From Mytilus californianus (lineage: Eukaryota), in the NCBI RefSeq assembly GCF_021869535.1, contig NW_026262745.1, positions 74,152,001 through 74,216,000 of the forward strand: a stretch of 64,000 nucleotides of DNA, in the 5' to 3' direction. A program made the position numbers and the translations under genes. The notes under the pieces are model-generated. The model searched no databases. It saw only the letters and a list, made by a program, of their open reading frames with translations, and was not told the origin of the DNA. Below, piece after piece: positions 24,756 through 37,445 of this stretch (within the stretch, counting starts at the first letter, position 1; every line of letters begins with the position of its first letter).

Positions 24756-27700
24756 AGTCAAATTTGTACCCTAAATGATATATTTATCTTAACTGATTGT
24801 TTTACTCGATATTGTCTCACAAGAAAGAGAGAGAAGATACAAATGGGTTAATATTTACTTGAGTCCAATACAAACAGACAACACTCACGGTGGTGAACGT
24901 GGGTACCCCTGAATGATAAACAGTTCATTCTGAAGTTGTTGCTCCCGTCTTTATCTTCATGCAAGTAAAAATATACTTTATAAAAATATTCAATGCATAG
25001 ATCTTTTTTCAGCAAAATATTAAACCTCATACGGTCTTTTTTTTATCTTTTGTTTGAAATAGACATATATACTCATCATTGCATACGTTGCATACGTGCT
25101 AATATCTGACATCTAAAAGCGTGTAATAAATGACAAGCTGGAATATAAAAAAAAAAACGGTTAAGTGATATAAACATGAAGAGAAGTATGTGATATTATT
25201 GTCAATAAGACAATTAGCAATCCACCTGAATATTTTTACTACTAGTATACGTGATTATTTGCTCGTTATGAACTTGAATAACTATGTATTCCTGCATGCC
25301 GATGCAATTTTGTAAATGTCTGTAACAAGTACATGTATAATAACTGGTTTATGTCGTTTTTCCCTTCATAATGATAAATATTTTGAAAGTCGTTGTCTTT
25401 GAGATTAGAAAGGCACATGCTTATCGCAAACATATGGGTGAATGTGTTTTGACATTCGAGTCTGTAGTCATTGTTTTGAATGAGTGCTGATTTTGACGAC
25501 TTTTGTCTATCTTATGCAGTCATTGTGTCCATTGTCTGTGAACTTTGAAACAAAATTATTTGCCTAATCGTATTAAAAATTAATAAACGTCATGATTAAC
25601 CATATGCCTATTCAAAATATAGAATTTGAATAATGCCTCCTGGAAGCACATACATTGAAAATGTAGCATAATTCATATCTTTAACAAAAGTCATCTAGTA
25701 GTCCGACATCTAGAAAATAAATTCAACATAAAACAACATGTGTATGAGCCTGCTAATTTTTCGGTAGGAATTTTTTTATTACTGTAAACCAACTTATTTT
25801 CGCGGATACTTTATTTCGAGTTTAGCCCTTACTAGCCTATTTCGCGGCAATTTAATTTCACGAATTTTGAATTTCTTTTATCTAGTTTGAAAACCTTTTC
25901 AAAAACGGTCATCAGTGTGTAATAACTGTTTGAAAAACTGGCCCTACCTCCTTTGCTTTTGCACTATTATAATGGCAAACTTTGGCCTCGTAATAACCAG
26001 TATTTTTTATGGGTTTTTGCTGTTGTTAAAATCAGAATGCTTTCCTTATAGCGAAATTTATTTAGTTTAAATAACTACATATACTTTTATGAGTTGTAGT
26101 ATTGTTAATAATGGCGGCGTACCAATATTACTGCGTGCTCTCATATTTGACATAAATATATGGAATAAAATAGTCTGTGAGAAAATTTACTTCTTTTGAA
26201 GTGTTGATGTTTTTTATACAAGGGATTACAACAATTAAAGTTTGATTTGTGAGCTCTCTAAACTTTCGATATGAGAAGTTAAAGATCATTGTAAATCGAT
26301 ATTTACTTTGCTTGTAATAAACTAACTTGTAAACCTAATGCTTTGTGCTGTCAGACTAACGGGCTGTCAGAAAATCTGATCCAAATGAAATTTCGATCAG
26401 AGATAAACGATAATAAAAATTATAATTGGAACACATCCTGCAAACACCAAAGGGGTCAGTCGTCTTGAAATTGCTCACTGAACTATATTATATTGACTTC
26501 ATTCTTGAAGACCTCACAGGAGCTTCAATACGGGGAACAGCAGAAACAGTAATATGTGTTTACTTTCTTATAATTTCATTAGACTTTTATCCCATGTATA
26601 TAACCTAAAAGGTTAGAATCAAATTAACTAAAATTAAGGGCGTAGATGATGATGTGTGTGAGAAACATAGATTGGAGCATCGTTAATACTAAATATCGTT
26701 CAAGCGGGGTGTGTTTTATTACGGAAAATAACACGTATGACGACCATCGAAAATGACGTTTTGTTGGAATTTGTGCTTAATGTCGAGCCAAGAGTGAAAA
26801 TCCTTGAAACTGTATCGGATGCCCTTAAACGACATTGCCTGTTGTAGATTATATAGACATTTCATCTCTAGAGACCAAATGACGTAGAAGTGAACAACTA
26901 TAGATCATTTAACAATGAGAAACACCTATAACGCGTAGTAAGCTTTAACAGGTCCCGAAATGGAAAAAGGTAAAACAATTAAATAGAGAAAAGTAACGGC
27001 CTGTACAAAAAAATAATTCATCACATGTGTCCGTTAACAATGAAAACTTGTCCAATTAGCTGAAAACATCCAAAAATGTGTTGTTCCACTATTTTATAGC
27101 AAAGCAACAAGTAAGACCTTCGGATTAAACAAATATTAAAACTTGATACGCATCTGTGTACGCGCGGGTACTGCAGAGGGCCATAATGATAAGCCAATAA
27201 AAACAATGTTATTAATGATCATAACTCTTTTGTCCGTTTTAGAGCAACCGTTATTCATCTAACACCACTAAGGACTCGTACGAAGTTCGAACAAAAATGT
27301 GAAAACATTATACTAATGAACTTATATTAAAAAGTACCACATTATAATAAATTAATTGCGCTTCCTTGTAATCTAAAAACCTACATACGAGCACGAAAGT
27401 TAAAAAACATATACTAATATAGCTATATATTTATAGGAGAATAAAATAAAACTGTCAAACCCGGCAAAATTGTTTCAGACTCTCATTGAAAAGCAGACTT
27501 TTTCCTTTTGTCAGCATTTGTTTTTCAGAATTTTTCCATATCAATGAGATATCATTATTAGGAATTAGGAATATCAAATTAGACAGATGATATAGTGCGT
27601 TAAATGCACACAGTTTTGCTTAAGTATGTTCGCTAATCTTGTTTTTGACTTTTTATCAGATATTCGAAACCATCGTGCTGTATGCCAGATCTGCATGTAT

Positions 27701-28106
27701 AACGTGGTAATAATGTCACTTTTGACGTCAATTTGCTATTGGAAGCTGTAATTTAGATAACTTTGTAGCATGTGATATAATAAATGTTCTATGAGGTAAG
27801 GTAAAATGCGTTTGGTATGCTACTTATCTTCATCATCAAACCAACGAGTACGAATTCTGACGTGTACCTGGTTCTTTGGATGTTATTATAAGAACTTCTT
27901 CAACTTAATTAATGATCATCACTTCACACGAAAGACAACACCTACTGATTAAACTGCAAACATAGATAAAAGCTTTCAAAATTGATATGAGAAATACAGA
28001 CGTACTGATATCATATATACGAATTTCTTCTTTCTGCCACAGTATTTGATCAACACCAAGATAAAAAGCCTAGATCTTATCAGAAAATAAAAAGATTAGT
28101 TTCAAT

Positions 28107-28443
28107 ATGGCATTCAGGTTGTTGTACGGATTTGCTATCTTTCTTTTTACTATTTCAATAAATGAAAACGTTCTTGCGAACTCTTGTGAAAATGACAACT
28201 GTACAACTGCGATGGACATACCTTTACTTACCGAACTCAACGCACCACTAAAAGCACAATTAGCCATTTCAATTTTAACAAAACAACTGAAGGATTTGAT
28301 AGGAAATGAAGTTAAACAGATTGTTTCCATAGCAACGAAGGACCTCGCTGAAAAGATTGTGGATAAGAGAGCTCAATCTGCCCTGGAAAACTTACAATCT
28401 TATAACAATATTACAATATCAACTTTTCTGCAGGAAATTGAAG
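28107..28443 (+). CDS. C1qDC-type gene B, exon 1 (paralogue of gene A exon 1)
   Basis: Signal-like MAFRLLYGFAIFLFTISINENVLA, then the CENDNC..AMDIPLLTELNAPLKA motif shared with genes A and C. Donor GAA G|GTAAAA, phase 1. Confidence 0.9.
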
Positions 28444-29965
28444 GTAAAAATAATAAATCATAAGTTAGTGGTTCATATTCAAAATGTTTTCAGTCTTTTT
28501 CCTATTTTTGTCTTCTTCCTTATAATGCAATTCGTTTTACCACTTCTATGAAGGTTAGTACTGTTACACTGAATTAGATCGAAAAAGGGAAATGATCTCT
28601 CAACTTATTCAGATCTTAATAGCAGATTTTTGAAAGTCTAGGTTATATTTAAGTTTTCTTTCACAATTATTTATTGATTCGGGACGATTGAGATCTTGAC
28701 ATATTTAATAGACAAGTATATGTGTATCTTATCTTTATCTTTTTGTCATTTGATTAGCATAAAAGGAACTTAAAAAAAAAACGATAAAAATAAATCAAAG
28801 GAAAAGAGCCAAATTCCCCAATGTTTGTTTCACTCACAGAGTCAAAGTCTTAAAGTTGTATAATTCTATTTGAAATTGAATATAAAAATCTTTATTTTCA
28901 ACAATGTCATACAATTACAAAAACTCCAAAATGCTACTCAGCGCTACATATTGCTGTTGAAGACACAATGATTGTCAAATTTTAATGTTGCATTGAAGGA
29001 CATCTATTACCAATATCAATTAATTCATATTCAAAATTCAATACATAGCATAACTTCCAAGTAAAATAGTAATCTTAAGATATCAATATTTTGACCAACA
29101 AATTGAAATTTTAGCCTTAGAAAGTAAACATTGCGTCGTTTTACAAGTGTGTTAAACCACGCCATGATCTTGACTCAAAATACACTTACCACAACACAAT
29201 CTGTTGTACTGTTTTTAACATGTTTAAAGTTTTTTTCTGTACTATTTTAAATTTGATGCTTTTTCTACTGATTGAGATTAAGATGGACATGGTCGAAAGA
29301 GAATAGCAATAACTAATTTGACACCGAATATCCTCACTAGTAATCGAATTATAGTCTTAAATTGTCATTTTGATCTTAACATCATCTGAAAAGTCTGAAC
29401 GAGGAATTATCAAATCATATTCAGTTTTTAAGTCAATTTTCAGATTAATGACTGCTGTAAATTCAGTACTGGTTAGACAATTCACCTTGAGCAAATTCAG
29501 TACTGTGCAGTCGCTTTTCAGACAAATTGTATAACATATATTACAAAAGACTTATTCAAAATCAAAGCCACAATAACTACTAAAAGGCAAAGGTGTTAAT
29601 TCAGATTCAACAAAATTGGATTAATAATAGACTTTGTATTGGAGTTAACAAGTTTATACTAAAAGTTAAAAAAGAAAGAAGGTTTGCTGCATTACCACTA
29701 AGTAGTGAAATCCCTTTCAAACTGAAAACCAAATTGTGGAGGAATTGAAATGTGATGTGTAATCAGGTACTGATTGAAAAATAAACGAAATCACATCGGG
29801 TTCCTGTAGCTCAATATTTTGACTTCTATGAAATGTTTCGTGCATTGTTGGTTGTCTGTTTGTTTTGTTTCTGTCTTTGGCTGCTCTCATTCAATTACTT
29901 TCTTGGTATTTTGTCTCCGTTCTCTTGGAAATTTTTTAATACCAATTTAACTCGAATTATTTCAG

Positions 29966-30151
29966 ATGAAACTATGAAGAAGGCTAAACAATTAACTGAA
30001 CTCGAAGTCAAAATTGAGACGAATAATAAATTCCATAATACAGTGAGCAATAAACTCGAGGAAAAGATTGAACAAATGAAGACAAACCAAATGAAAAAAG
30101 AATCAAAATTATTATCTATTGAATCTGAAGTTACTAAAAACAGTGAGAGAG
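29966..30151 (+). CDS. C1qDC-type gene B, exon 2 (coiled coil); no C1q exon found downstream
   Basis: Acceptor ATTATTTCAG|AT GAA and donor AGA G|GTTAAT; 186 bp, phase 1-1, homologous to gene A exon 2. Confidence 0.88.
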
Positions 30152-30462
30152 GTTAATTTGTTTGATATTTATTGTATAACATATATTATAAAATAATGTA
30201 AAAAGAAGAACATTTGGTGATTATGTGGTTATTATTTATATATATATATATACATGTATATATACATATTTTAAATTGTAACACACGTATACATTTTATA
30301 TATACAACACCTTCATATGCATGTGAAGTTAGCAACCGGTTCGTTATACGATTTTCAATATCCGACCAGCTGTTAAAATTCGGTTCGATATTCAAATTTG
30401 TTTAGGTAAAAGTAATACAAAAATGAATTATAGTTAAAAAGGGTAAAAAGACACCCATTTCC

Positions 30463-32277
30463 CATGTTATAACAGGAGATCTTAACATCGTTCAAGACCG
30501 AGAGTTAAAATCATTCCTCAGTAAAGGACCTAAATATCGTCCCCCGTCAATTATTAATTGGAATGAGTGTCGTAATATCATCCACGACTCACTCCATACT
30601 TACTGTTTGAAATGGATAAAACGGGAAAAAGCTGACAAAAAATCTTTGGACTCTTTTTTTAAATCAGTAATGAACATAGTTGATATACGTATTCAACATT
30701 TTAAAGAACATTTTACTCTTAACAATAACCACAATAAACCTATTTCTCGTATCAAACATAAACTAAAAGAACTAGCCAAGGAATTTGTTTTTGTCCCGGC
30801 CGATAAAGCTGCTAATAATATTATTATTGTTTGACGTAAATTTTACATTGAGGTTCTGAAAAAAGAAATCACCAATTCACCAACATTCCAACTGACTCCA
30901 TTTTCAGAAAACGACATCTGTAACAAACATAAACTTTTAGCTACCGCTTTACAAGCAGAACCAAATACAATGAAAGTCCCAACTATGTATTGGCTTCCGA
31001 AGCTACACAAAACACCTTACAAATATAGATTCATTTCGTCTTCAAGCCATTGTTCCACTACTAAATTGTCTATTCTTCTTACCAGTACACTTGGTACAAT
31101 CAAAAACCTGATAATAAATTGTTCAAATAAGGCCTTCGAAAATAGTGGAATTAATTACTTTTGGAGTGTCAAGAACTCGTTGGAAGTACTTGATAAATTG
31201 CATGCATATATTGGTGATTTTGAATCTGTTCAAAGTTTTGATTTTTCTACCCTATATACCACATTGCCTCACATTCTCATTAAGAAAAAATTCACACACC
31301 TAATTAAATGGGCATTTAAAAAGTCAGAATGTGAATATATATGTTCAAACTCTTTTAGGTCATTTTTTAGTAGCAATAAACAAAAAAACTATGTCAATTG
31401 GACATGCTTTGATACTATATATGCCCTTGAATTTTTACTAGATAACATTTTTGTTCGCTTTGGAGATTCCGTATATCGTCAGGTTATCGGAATTCCAATG
31501 GGGACTAACTGTGCACCACTTATTGCGGACCTTTTTTTGTATTGCTATGAGTTACAATTTATGACAAAAATCAGTAAAGACCCATCGAAACAACATCTGA
31601 TACACAAATTTAATAATACTTTTAGATATTTGGATGATATTTTGGCTCTCAATAATGACGACTTCAGTATGTATACTAAAGAAATTTATCCTGTTGAACT
31701 TACTTTAAATAAAGCTAATACTAACAATGACCACTGCCCTTTCCTCGATCTTGATATCTATATCATTAACGGAAAGCTTAATACTAAAATATATGATAAA
31801 AGAGATGATTTTTCATTTCCTATCGTTAATTATCCATTTTTAGATGGTGACGTTCCCTTGTCACCATCTTACGGTGTTTATATATCTCAACTTGTACGAT
31901 TCGCTCGTGTATGTAACAATGTTTTAGATTTTAACGAGAGAAATGTATGTATTACTGAAAAATTATTACACCAGGGTTTTCGATATCACAAACTAGTCAA
32001 AACATTTACTAAATTTTATCATCGGTATAAGGACATCATTCGTAAATATAGCTCAACATGCAGACTTCTTATACGTTCAGGTATTTCACATCCAATTTTT
32101 TATGGAAATATTCTTTATAAAGCACAAAAATGTCAGTATTCACCTCTGAAACTAACAAAACCTTTAAATAGACTTATTAAGAAGGGATATAGTTACGATA
32201 CTGTTGTCAGGTCATTAAAGATTGCATATTTTGGCGTTGATATTGATTCACTTATAGGGTCTTTGCATCTGCACTAA
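30463..32277 (+). CDS. Naiad reverse transcriptase, 604 codons with one in-frame TGA (30832-30834), candidate selenocysteine
   Basis: ORF-track ORFs 30607-30834 and 30970-32277 are in the same frame and join through ...DKAANNIIIV-TGA-RKFYIEVLKKEI..., with no other stop or frameshift from 30463 to TAA at 32275-32277. Confidence 0.85.
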
Positions 32278-32316
32278 ACACATTTATTTAAAAACCAGTT
32301 GTTGGCATGACACGGG

Positions 32317-32405
32317 TTATGTTCTTCTCATATATGTTATGATGGTATGATACTAAACCCCTAACGGGAAGGATTGTGCCTGATATTCATATGATGAAGA
32401 CATAA
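32317..32405 (+). promoter_or_regulatory. SECIS element (form 2) in the Naiad 3' UTR
   Basis: Core A-UGAU (32339-32343) / UGAU (32381-32384). Helix II GGUAUGAUACU (32344-32354) pairs with AGGAUUGUGCC (32370-32380) at 10 of 11 positions. Unpaired AAA (32355-32357) and an apical minihelix CCC/GGG follow. An extended helix I pairs UUAUG-UCUUC-UCAUAU with AUAUGA-GAAGA-CAUAA. Confidence 0.85.
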
Positions 32406-35400
32406 TCTTTCAATCAGTTTAATTGAAGTCTGGAGCTGGCATGTCAGTTAACTGCTAGTAGTCTGTTGTTATTTATGTATTATTGTCATTTTGTTTATTT
32501 TCTTTGGTTACATCTTCTGACATCAGACTCGGACTTCTCTTGAACTGAATTTTAATGTGCGTATTGTTATGCGTTTACTTTTCTACATTGGCTAGAGGTA
32601 TAGGGGGAGGGTTGAGATCTCATAAACATGTTTAACCCCGCCGCATTTTTGCGCCTGTCCCAAGTCAGGAGCCTCTAGCCTTTGTTAGTCTTGTATTATT
32701 TTTAATTTTAGTTTCTTGTGTACAATTTGGAGTTTAGTATGGCGTTCATTATCACTGAACTAGTATATATATTTGTTTAGGGGCCAGCTGAAGGACGCCT
32801 CCGGGTGCGGGAATTTCTCGCTGCATTGAAGACCTGTTGGTGGCCTTCTGCTGTTGTCTGTTCTGTGGTCGGGTTGTTGTCTCTTTGACACATTCCCCAT
32901 TTCCATTCTCAATTTTATGTAGAAAATTGCTTTCTGGCGCCTTCAAGTTATCGTCAATTCTTGTTGTCATCGAATATAAACCCTGACGTAGATCTCAATT
33001 TTCTCTTAATAATTAATAGATTTTTATCAATAAAATGCAATCATAGATGTACTTTTGAAACATGATATTTCCAATATACAAAAAGCAAACGGTCACCACT
33101 TTGAAAATATCAATCAATTACATTATGTAAAACTGAAAAGATATTATCAAAACTTTTTGTCATTGATATGCACGAAGGAGGGCTGTGAGTGTCACCTTGC
33201 AATAAAAATCGTCTAAAATTCAGGTAAAAGGGCTTTAGGCATTGAATTAACATTCCTTATTACTCAATCTTCTTCAAATTATGCATAGATATAGCTAACA
33301 TATAAATACGAATGAAGTCAAGAGGAATTTATCGAAAACTTGTGTCTTCGATTTGTACGGTAGACTCAGATTGTCAGTGTTATATTCAAAGTATAATGCA
33401 AAAGTCGATTAAAGACCGCATAAATGACTGATAGCTTCCTGGTTCATTCAATAACAGTTGGCTTACAGCTAGAGTATGTACAGATAGAGGGAATCTATTT
33501 AAAATATGTTTCGTAAAACATTTCATCGTCGATATGCAAGGAGGGCTTACAATCAAAATTTTGGAGTTAAAAACGTCGAAAATGAAGGTAAAAGGACCCA
33601 GGACATTGAATAGACTTTCCTGATAACTCAATTTGCATTAATTATAAAAGGTGTCACTTTGCAATTAAAAATCGTCGGATTCCTCTTTATAATTGTTATA
33701 ACATGTTCAGTGTTGTGACAGAATTTAATACATTTGATTTGATATTTGAAAGAATTTCAACGGGACAAAATATGTATATTACTTTAAAACTCTGGAAATA
33801 AATTATACACGGGATGATTATTACAAGTATTGGTATTCAGTTTGGCTTACGTTTCCTATGTTATACCTGAATAACTGTGTAATGCTTCCTGTTTGTAATT
33901 TGTCAAGCTTATCTTGTGACATTACCTCTGTGTATTTTAAAACAGATAATATAATTTGAATAGACTGTAAACAGTTTGTATTTGTGCATCGAAAACAGCT
34001 GCTCTTAAAAAAAAAAAAAATTATCAACACATGCAATCTTCAGAAATTCGACAACTCAGTAATGATAACAGCAAATATTACCTGGAATATAAACATGATA
34101 ATGACACCGTCGCCGTTTTGAGAAATTCCGACATAGAAAAAAATTATTTTCTAAATCATATAGGTAATATAGGGATGAAATTTGCAATGGTTTCAAACTG
34201 TTAAAAACATCATTAGTGCCTGATTTATGTTACATGCATAACAATATAGTTGCAAATTATTAAATTTATCTAAGGCGTTTGTGAAATTGGTGTTTAAGTA
34301 GACGAGAGGTTACTTATTTTAAGATCGAGTCAATTTGCAAACGGAAAGAAAAAGAACGATATTTACAATTGATCAATTTTAATTTAAACTGTAAGGATCA
34401 ACATTTTTAGAAAGAATTATGTTCGAAGACCATGGAATTAACGGGAAAATTTAAGTTTATTATAGGTGATATGTAATTTCTGTAAGACAACTTGACTAAA
34501 TATGGTGGATAACCAAGTCATCAATATTGAGTGATGTCTTTCCTAGTAAGATATGATATTTCGAATACCAGCTGGCAATTTGAGACCTCCGTACATATTA
34601 AAGAAAAAATGTTTTCCTAAAATTCCTCCTAATAACATATGTATTTACATATTAACTTATTACACTGTTTTCAATTTGACGACAGTTAAATGATTAGGAT
34701 GGTCTTATGAACGTAACCATCTCTTTTCCGTTGATTTCGTAGATTTTTTTATAGAGTAAAGTGACACTTTAAGTCACCCGTATATATCGACATGAAGTTT
34801 TTCACAGATAATCTTTTGATTGTATTAATAGCTATGCGTAGCCTTACTGTAATCCAAATTGTATAGACTTTGAAAGATTAAAAAAGTCTCAGTGTCATTT
34901 AAGCGGTCCCTGGTAGTCCTTTGTTATATATTTTGAATTTGAAACCGCTTTTAAAATGTCCATTATTGTGTTCTATAATTTTTTTTTTTTTAAACTTTGA
35001 AATAAATCTTCTTGTTTCATATAAAATAATGTAGCCGTGGTAATGTTATAAAAGAATATTTTTGATTCATTTTTATCGTTCTAGATTGATAAGATCGGGT
35101 TGTATATAAGGGGTTATATATGAGGAGAACAAGAATTTACGATTACCTGTATTAGTAAGAAAAATATTTCTATCGTTTTTTCCTTCTTCATATCTACATT
35201 TTTTTAAACATGGTTATCATTTTAAGAATCTTTTACATATCCAGATTTTATATGTATTTACTGAAACATTTTGAATACCGAATTGGCTACTGACGGTTAA
35301 TTTGATATTGAATATCGAATACTGAATAACGAACCGGCGGCAACTGATTTTTACATTTTGCAGGTATTTCTCAGAGTACGCTCATAAACATGTGTAATAC

Positions 35401-36582
35401 CACAACATTCTTTATATGGCTGGCCTCAGTCAGGAGCCTTGAATTCAGTGGTTGTCGCAGGTTCACTTCTTCCATTTCGTTTATTACTTTTAAGTAAATC
35501 ATAATGTGTGTTTTCCTATTTGAATTGTGTTACATTTTTTTATGGCGTTATTAGTGTTAAACCTCATATTTTTTGTCTCTGGTGGACAGCTGTTTCATTT
35601 GAAAATCAAACGTTATATTCTTATATTTACATCCCTTAATTTAATTAAGATAAATAAACTTCACTAAAATATTAATTTCTGTAGTTTTCTTTACATCTAG
35701 CATGTCTAGTTGCAAACGTTACATGTATTTTCAGTACGAGAACAAATTAAAAAAAAAAAGATACAATAAGAAGGTCCTGCAATGGAAGTTGACCAAGAAA
35801 TGACACTGAAAATTAGGGTATATTGGATAATACCAGAAATTTAATCTTGCAACAGACTACTTGCAGACCCCATAAAGAGTTCCTGCATTTTATTGTGAAA
35901 GTACAATAAACGTGCCACTCACTAAACATAAGACAATGCAATGATCCCATACGTAACAAGTGTATTTATACATTGCGTACAACCAGTCGTTCGTCAGTTT
36001 TTTATTGCCTGTCGGAAGACGACCACAGTGAAAATGTTTTTATACCATAGACAACTTGGGTACTAAGCTGAATGATATAAGTATTAACACAAATCACGAA
36101 CAAAATGTTGATGTCGAATCGACAACTGCAACAGATGAATAGATTGTAAAGCTATTAAACGATATCGATATCGACAACTTTAAAAAGGAGCCAGGATAAA
36201 CTAAATTGTATATATAGATAACTGAAGCCGATATCGGCAACTAAAACCAATGAATACAGCATATACTAATTTAGAAAACAAAAATTATGAGGTAAATCAT
36301 GACTTTTTTCAAAGGGCTAAGAGATAGGAGAAAGTGACACTCGATATCGATTTAATGTCGTCGTTATTGGCGATATCGTGACCACATCGTGTCTTGAATA
36401 TAAACCCAAACGACCGACCACTCCTAGAATTTTTCCAGCATCTCTCTGCTTACACAATTTTTAATTATACATTAAATGTCGAAAAATATGTGCATATATC
36501 TTATAATCTTTGGCATATTTATGTACTACATTTGTAAAAACATGCTTTACCTAGCTAATCAAATGAAAATGGCCCTACCTCT

Positions 36583-37093
36583 TTCAGTATTTTTGATACC
36601 CGAAGCTGACTCGTATAACAAAATTATTTGTCCGCATCAACTAAAACTGACCATATTTACACTTAATTATGTAATTCTTATAGTCAAATAGTAAATCAGT
36701 AATATCTTTATGTCAGAATGGATTGTTTAATACAATTGACAGCAATATTGGAACACGATGACAATAGAATTTTGTCCGCATCAACTAAGAGTACCAGCAT
36801 GTCCTCTTTTTATTCAAAATATTGAATCGTAAATTTATTTTAGTAGTTAAGAAACCTCAGGCTGACTCATATAACCAAAATTATTTGACTGCATCAAACA
36901 AAACTGACCATATTTGCACTTTACTTTGTAAATATATATAGCCTCATGGTAAATCAGTAATATTTCTATGTCAGGATGGATTGAATAATAAAGATGACAG
37001 CAATATTGGAATACAATGACTACAACATGCTTTCTACATCAATTTTGAATCGTGAAACAAATCAGTAGTTTTGATACCTCAGGCTGACTCGTA
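36583..37093 (-). repeat. Two diverged, inverted units of the 257-bp satellite
   Basis: Reverse-complement matches include CCAGCATGTCCTCTTTTTATTCAAAATATTG, CCTCAGGCTGACTC and AAAACTGACCATATTTGCAC. Confidence 0.9.
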
Positions 37094-37142
37094 TTGGCAA
37101 TCACATACACGGCTATAAATATAGATTAGTTTGTTAGTATAT

Positions 37143-37445
37143 ATAAGAAGATGTGGTATGAGTGAAAATGAGACAACTCTCCATCCAAGTCACAATTTAT
37201 AAAAGTAAACCATTATAGGTCAAAGTACGGTCTTCAACACGGAGCCTTGGCTCACTCCGAACAGCAAGCTATAAAGGGCTCCAAACAATTACTAGTGTAA
37301 AACCATTCAAACGGGAAAACCAACGGTCTAATCTATATAAAAAACAAGAAACGAGAAACACGTATGAACCACATTAACAAACGACAACTACTGAACATCA
37401 GATTCCTGACTTAGGACAGGTGCAAACAATTGCAGCGGGTTTAAA
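37143..37445 (-). mobile_element. Short retroelement 3'-tail copy (Naiad-tail-like subfamily)
   Basis: AAGAAGATGTGGTATGAGTG...GAGACAACTCTCCA...TTCCTGACTTAGGACAGG. Related copies lie at 13205-13320, 26865-27010, 39435-39705 and 41605-41712. Confidence 0.75.

Larger units (their letters stand above)
23640..24785 (+). mobile_element. Diverged retrozyme monomer split by a TIR element
   Basis: 23640-23901 resembles the body of the 54597-55383 unit (ACCACTGG...CCCGAAGGGTATCAC...GCTCTTCAAC). After the insertion it continues into a hammerhead at 24712-24755. Confidence 0.65.
30455..32918 (+). mobile_element. 5'-truncated Penelope-like retroelement, Naiad-type
   Basis: RT frame plus a ~640-bp 3' region ending CCCCATTTCCATTCTCAATTTTAT. 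Motifs are HVITGD..KGPKYR, VPADKAANN, YWLPKLHK, FDFSTLYT, GIPMGTNCAP, FRYLDD and YDKRDDF. There is no C-terminal GIY-YIG, consistent with the N-terminal-endonuclease (Naiad) clade with its 5' part lost. Confidence 0.9.

Noticed and set aside
30440-30462. TSD for the main Naiad copy
   Set aside because: No convincing direct repeat with the 3' flank at 32919; the 5' boundary is therefore approximate.
32752-32970. 72-aa minus-strand ORF
   Set aside because: It is antisense to the non-coding Naiad tail, and the second copy of that tail (39746-39995) has a deletion across it.
36105-36380. Cluster of CGATATCG palindromes with loose ~60-bp spacing
   Set aside because: Too degenerate to define a repeat unit or a function.
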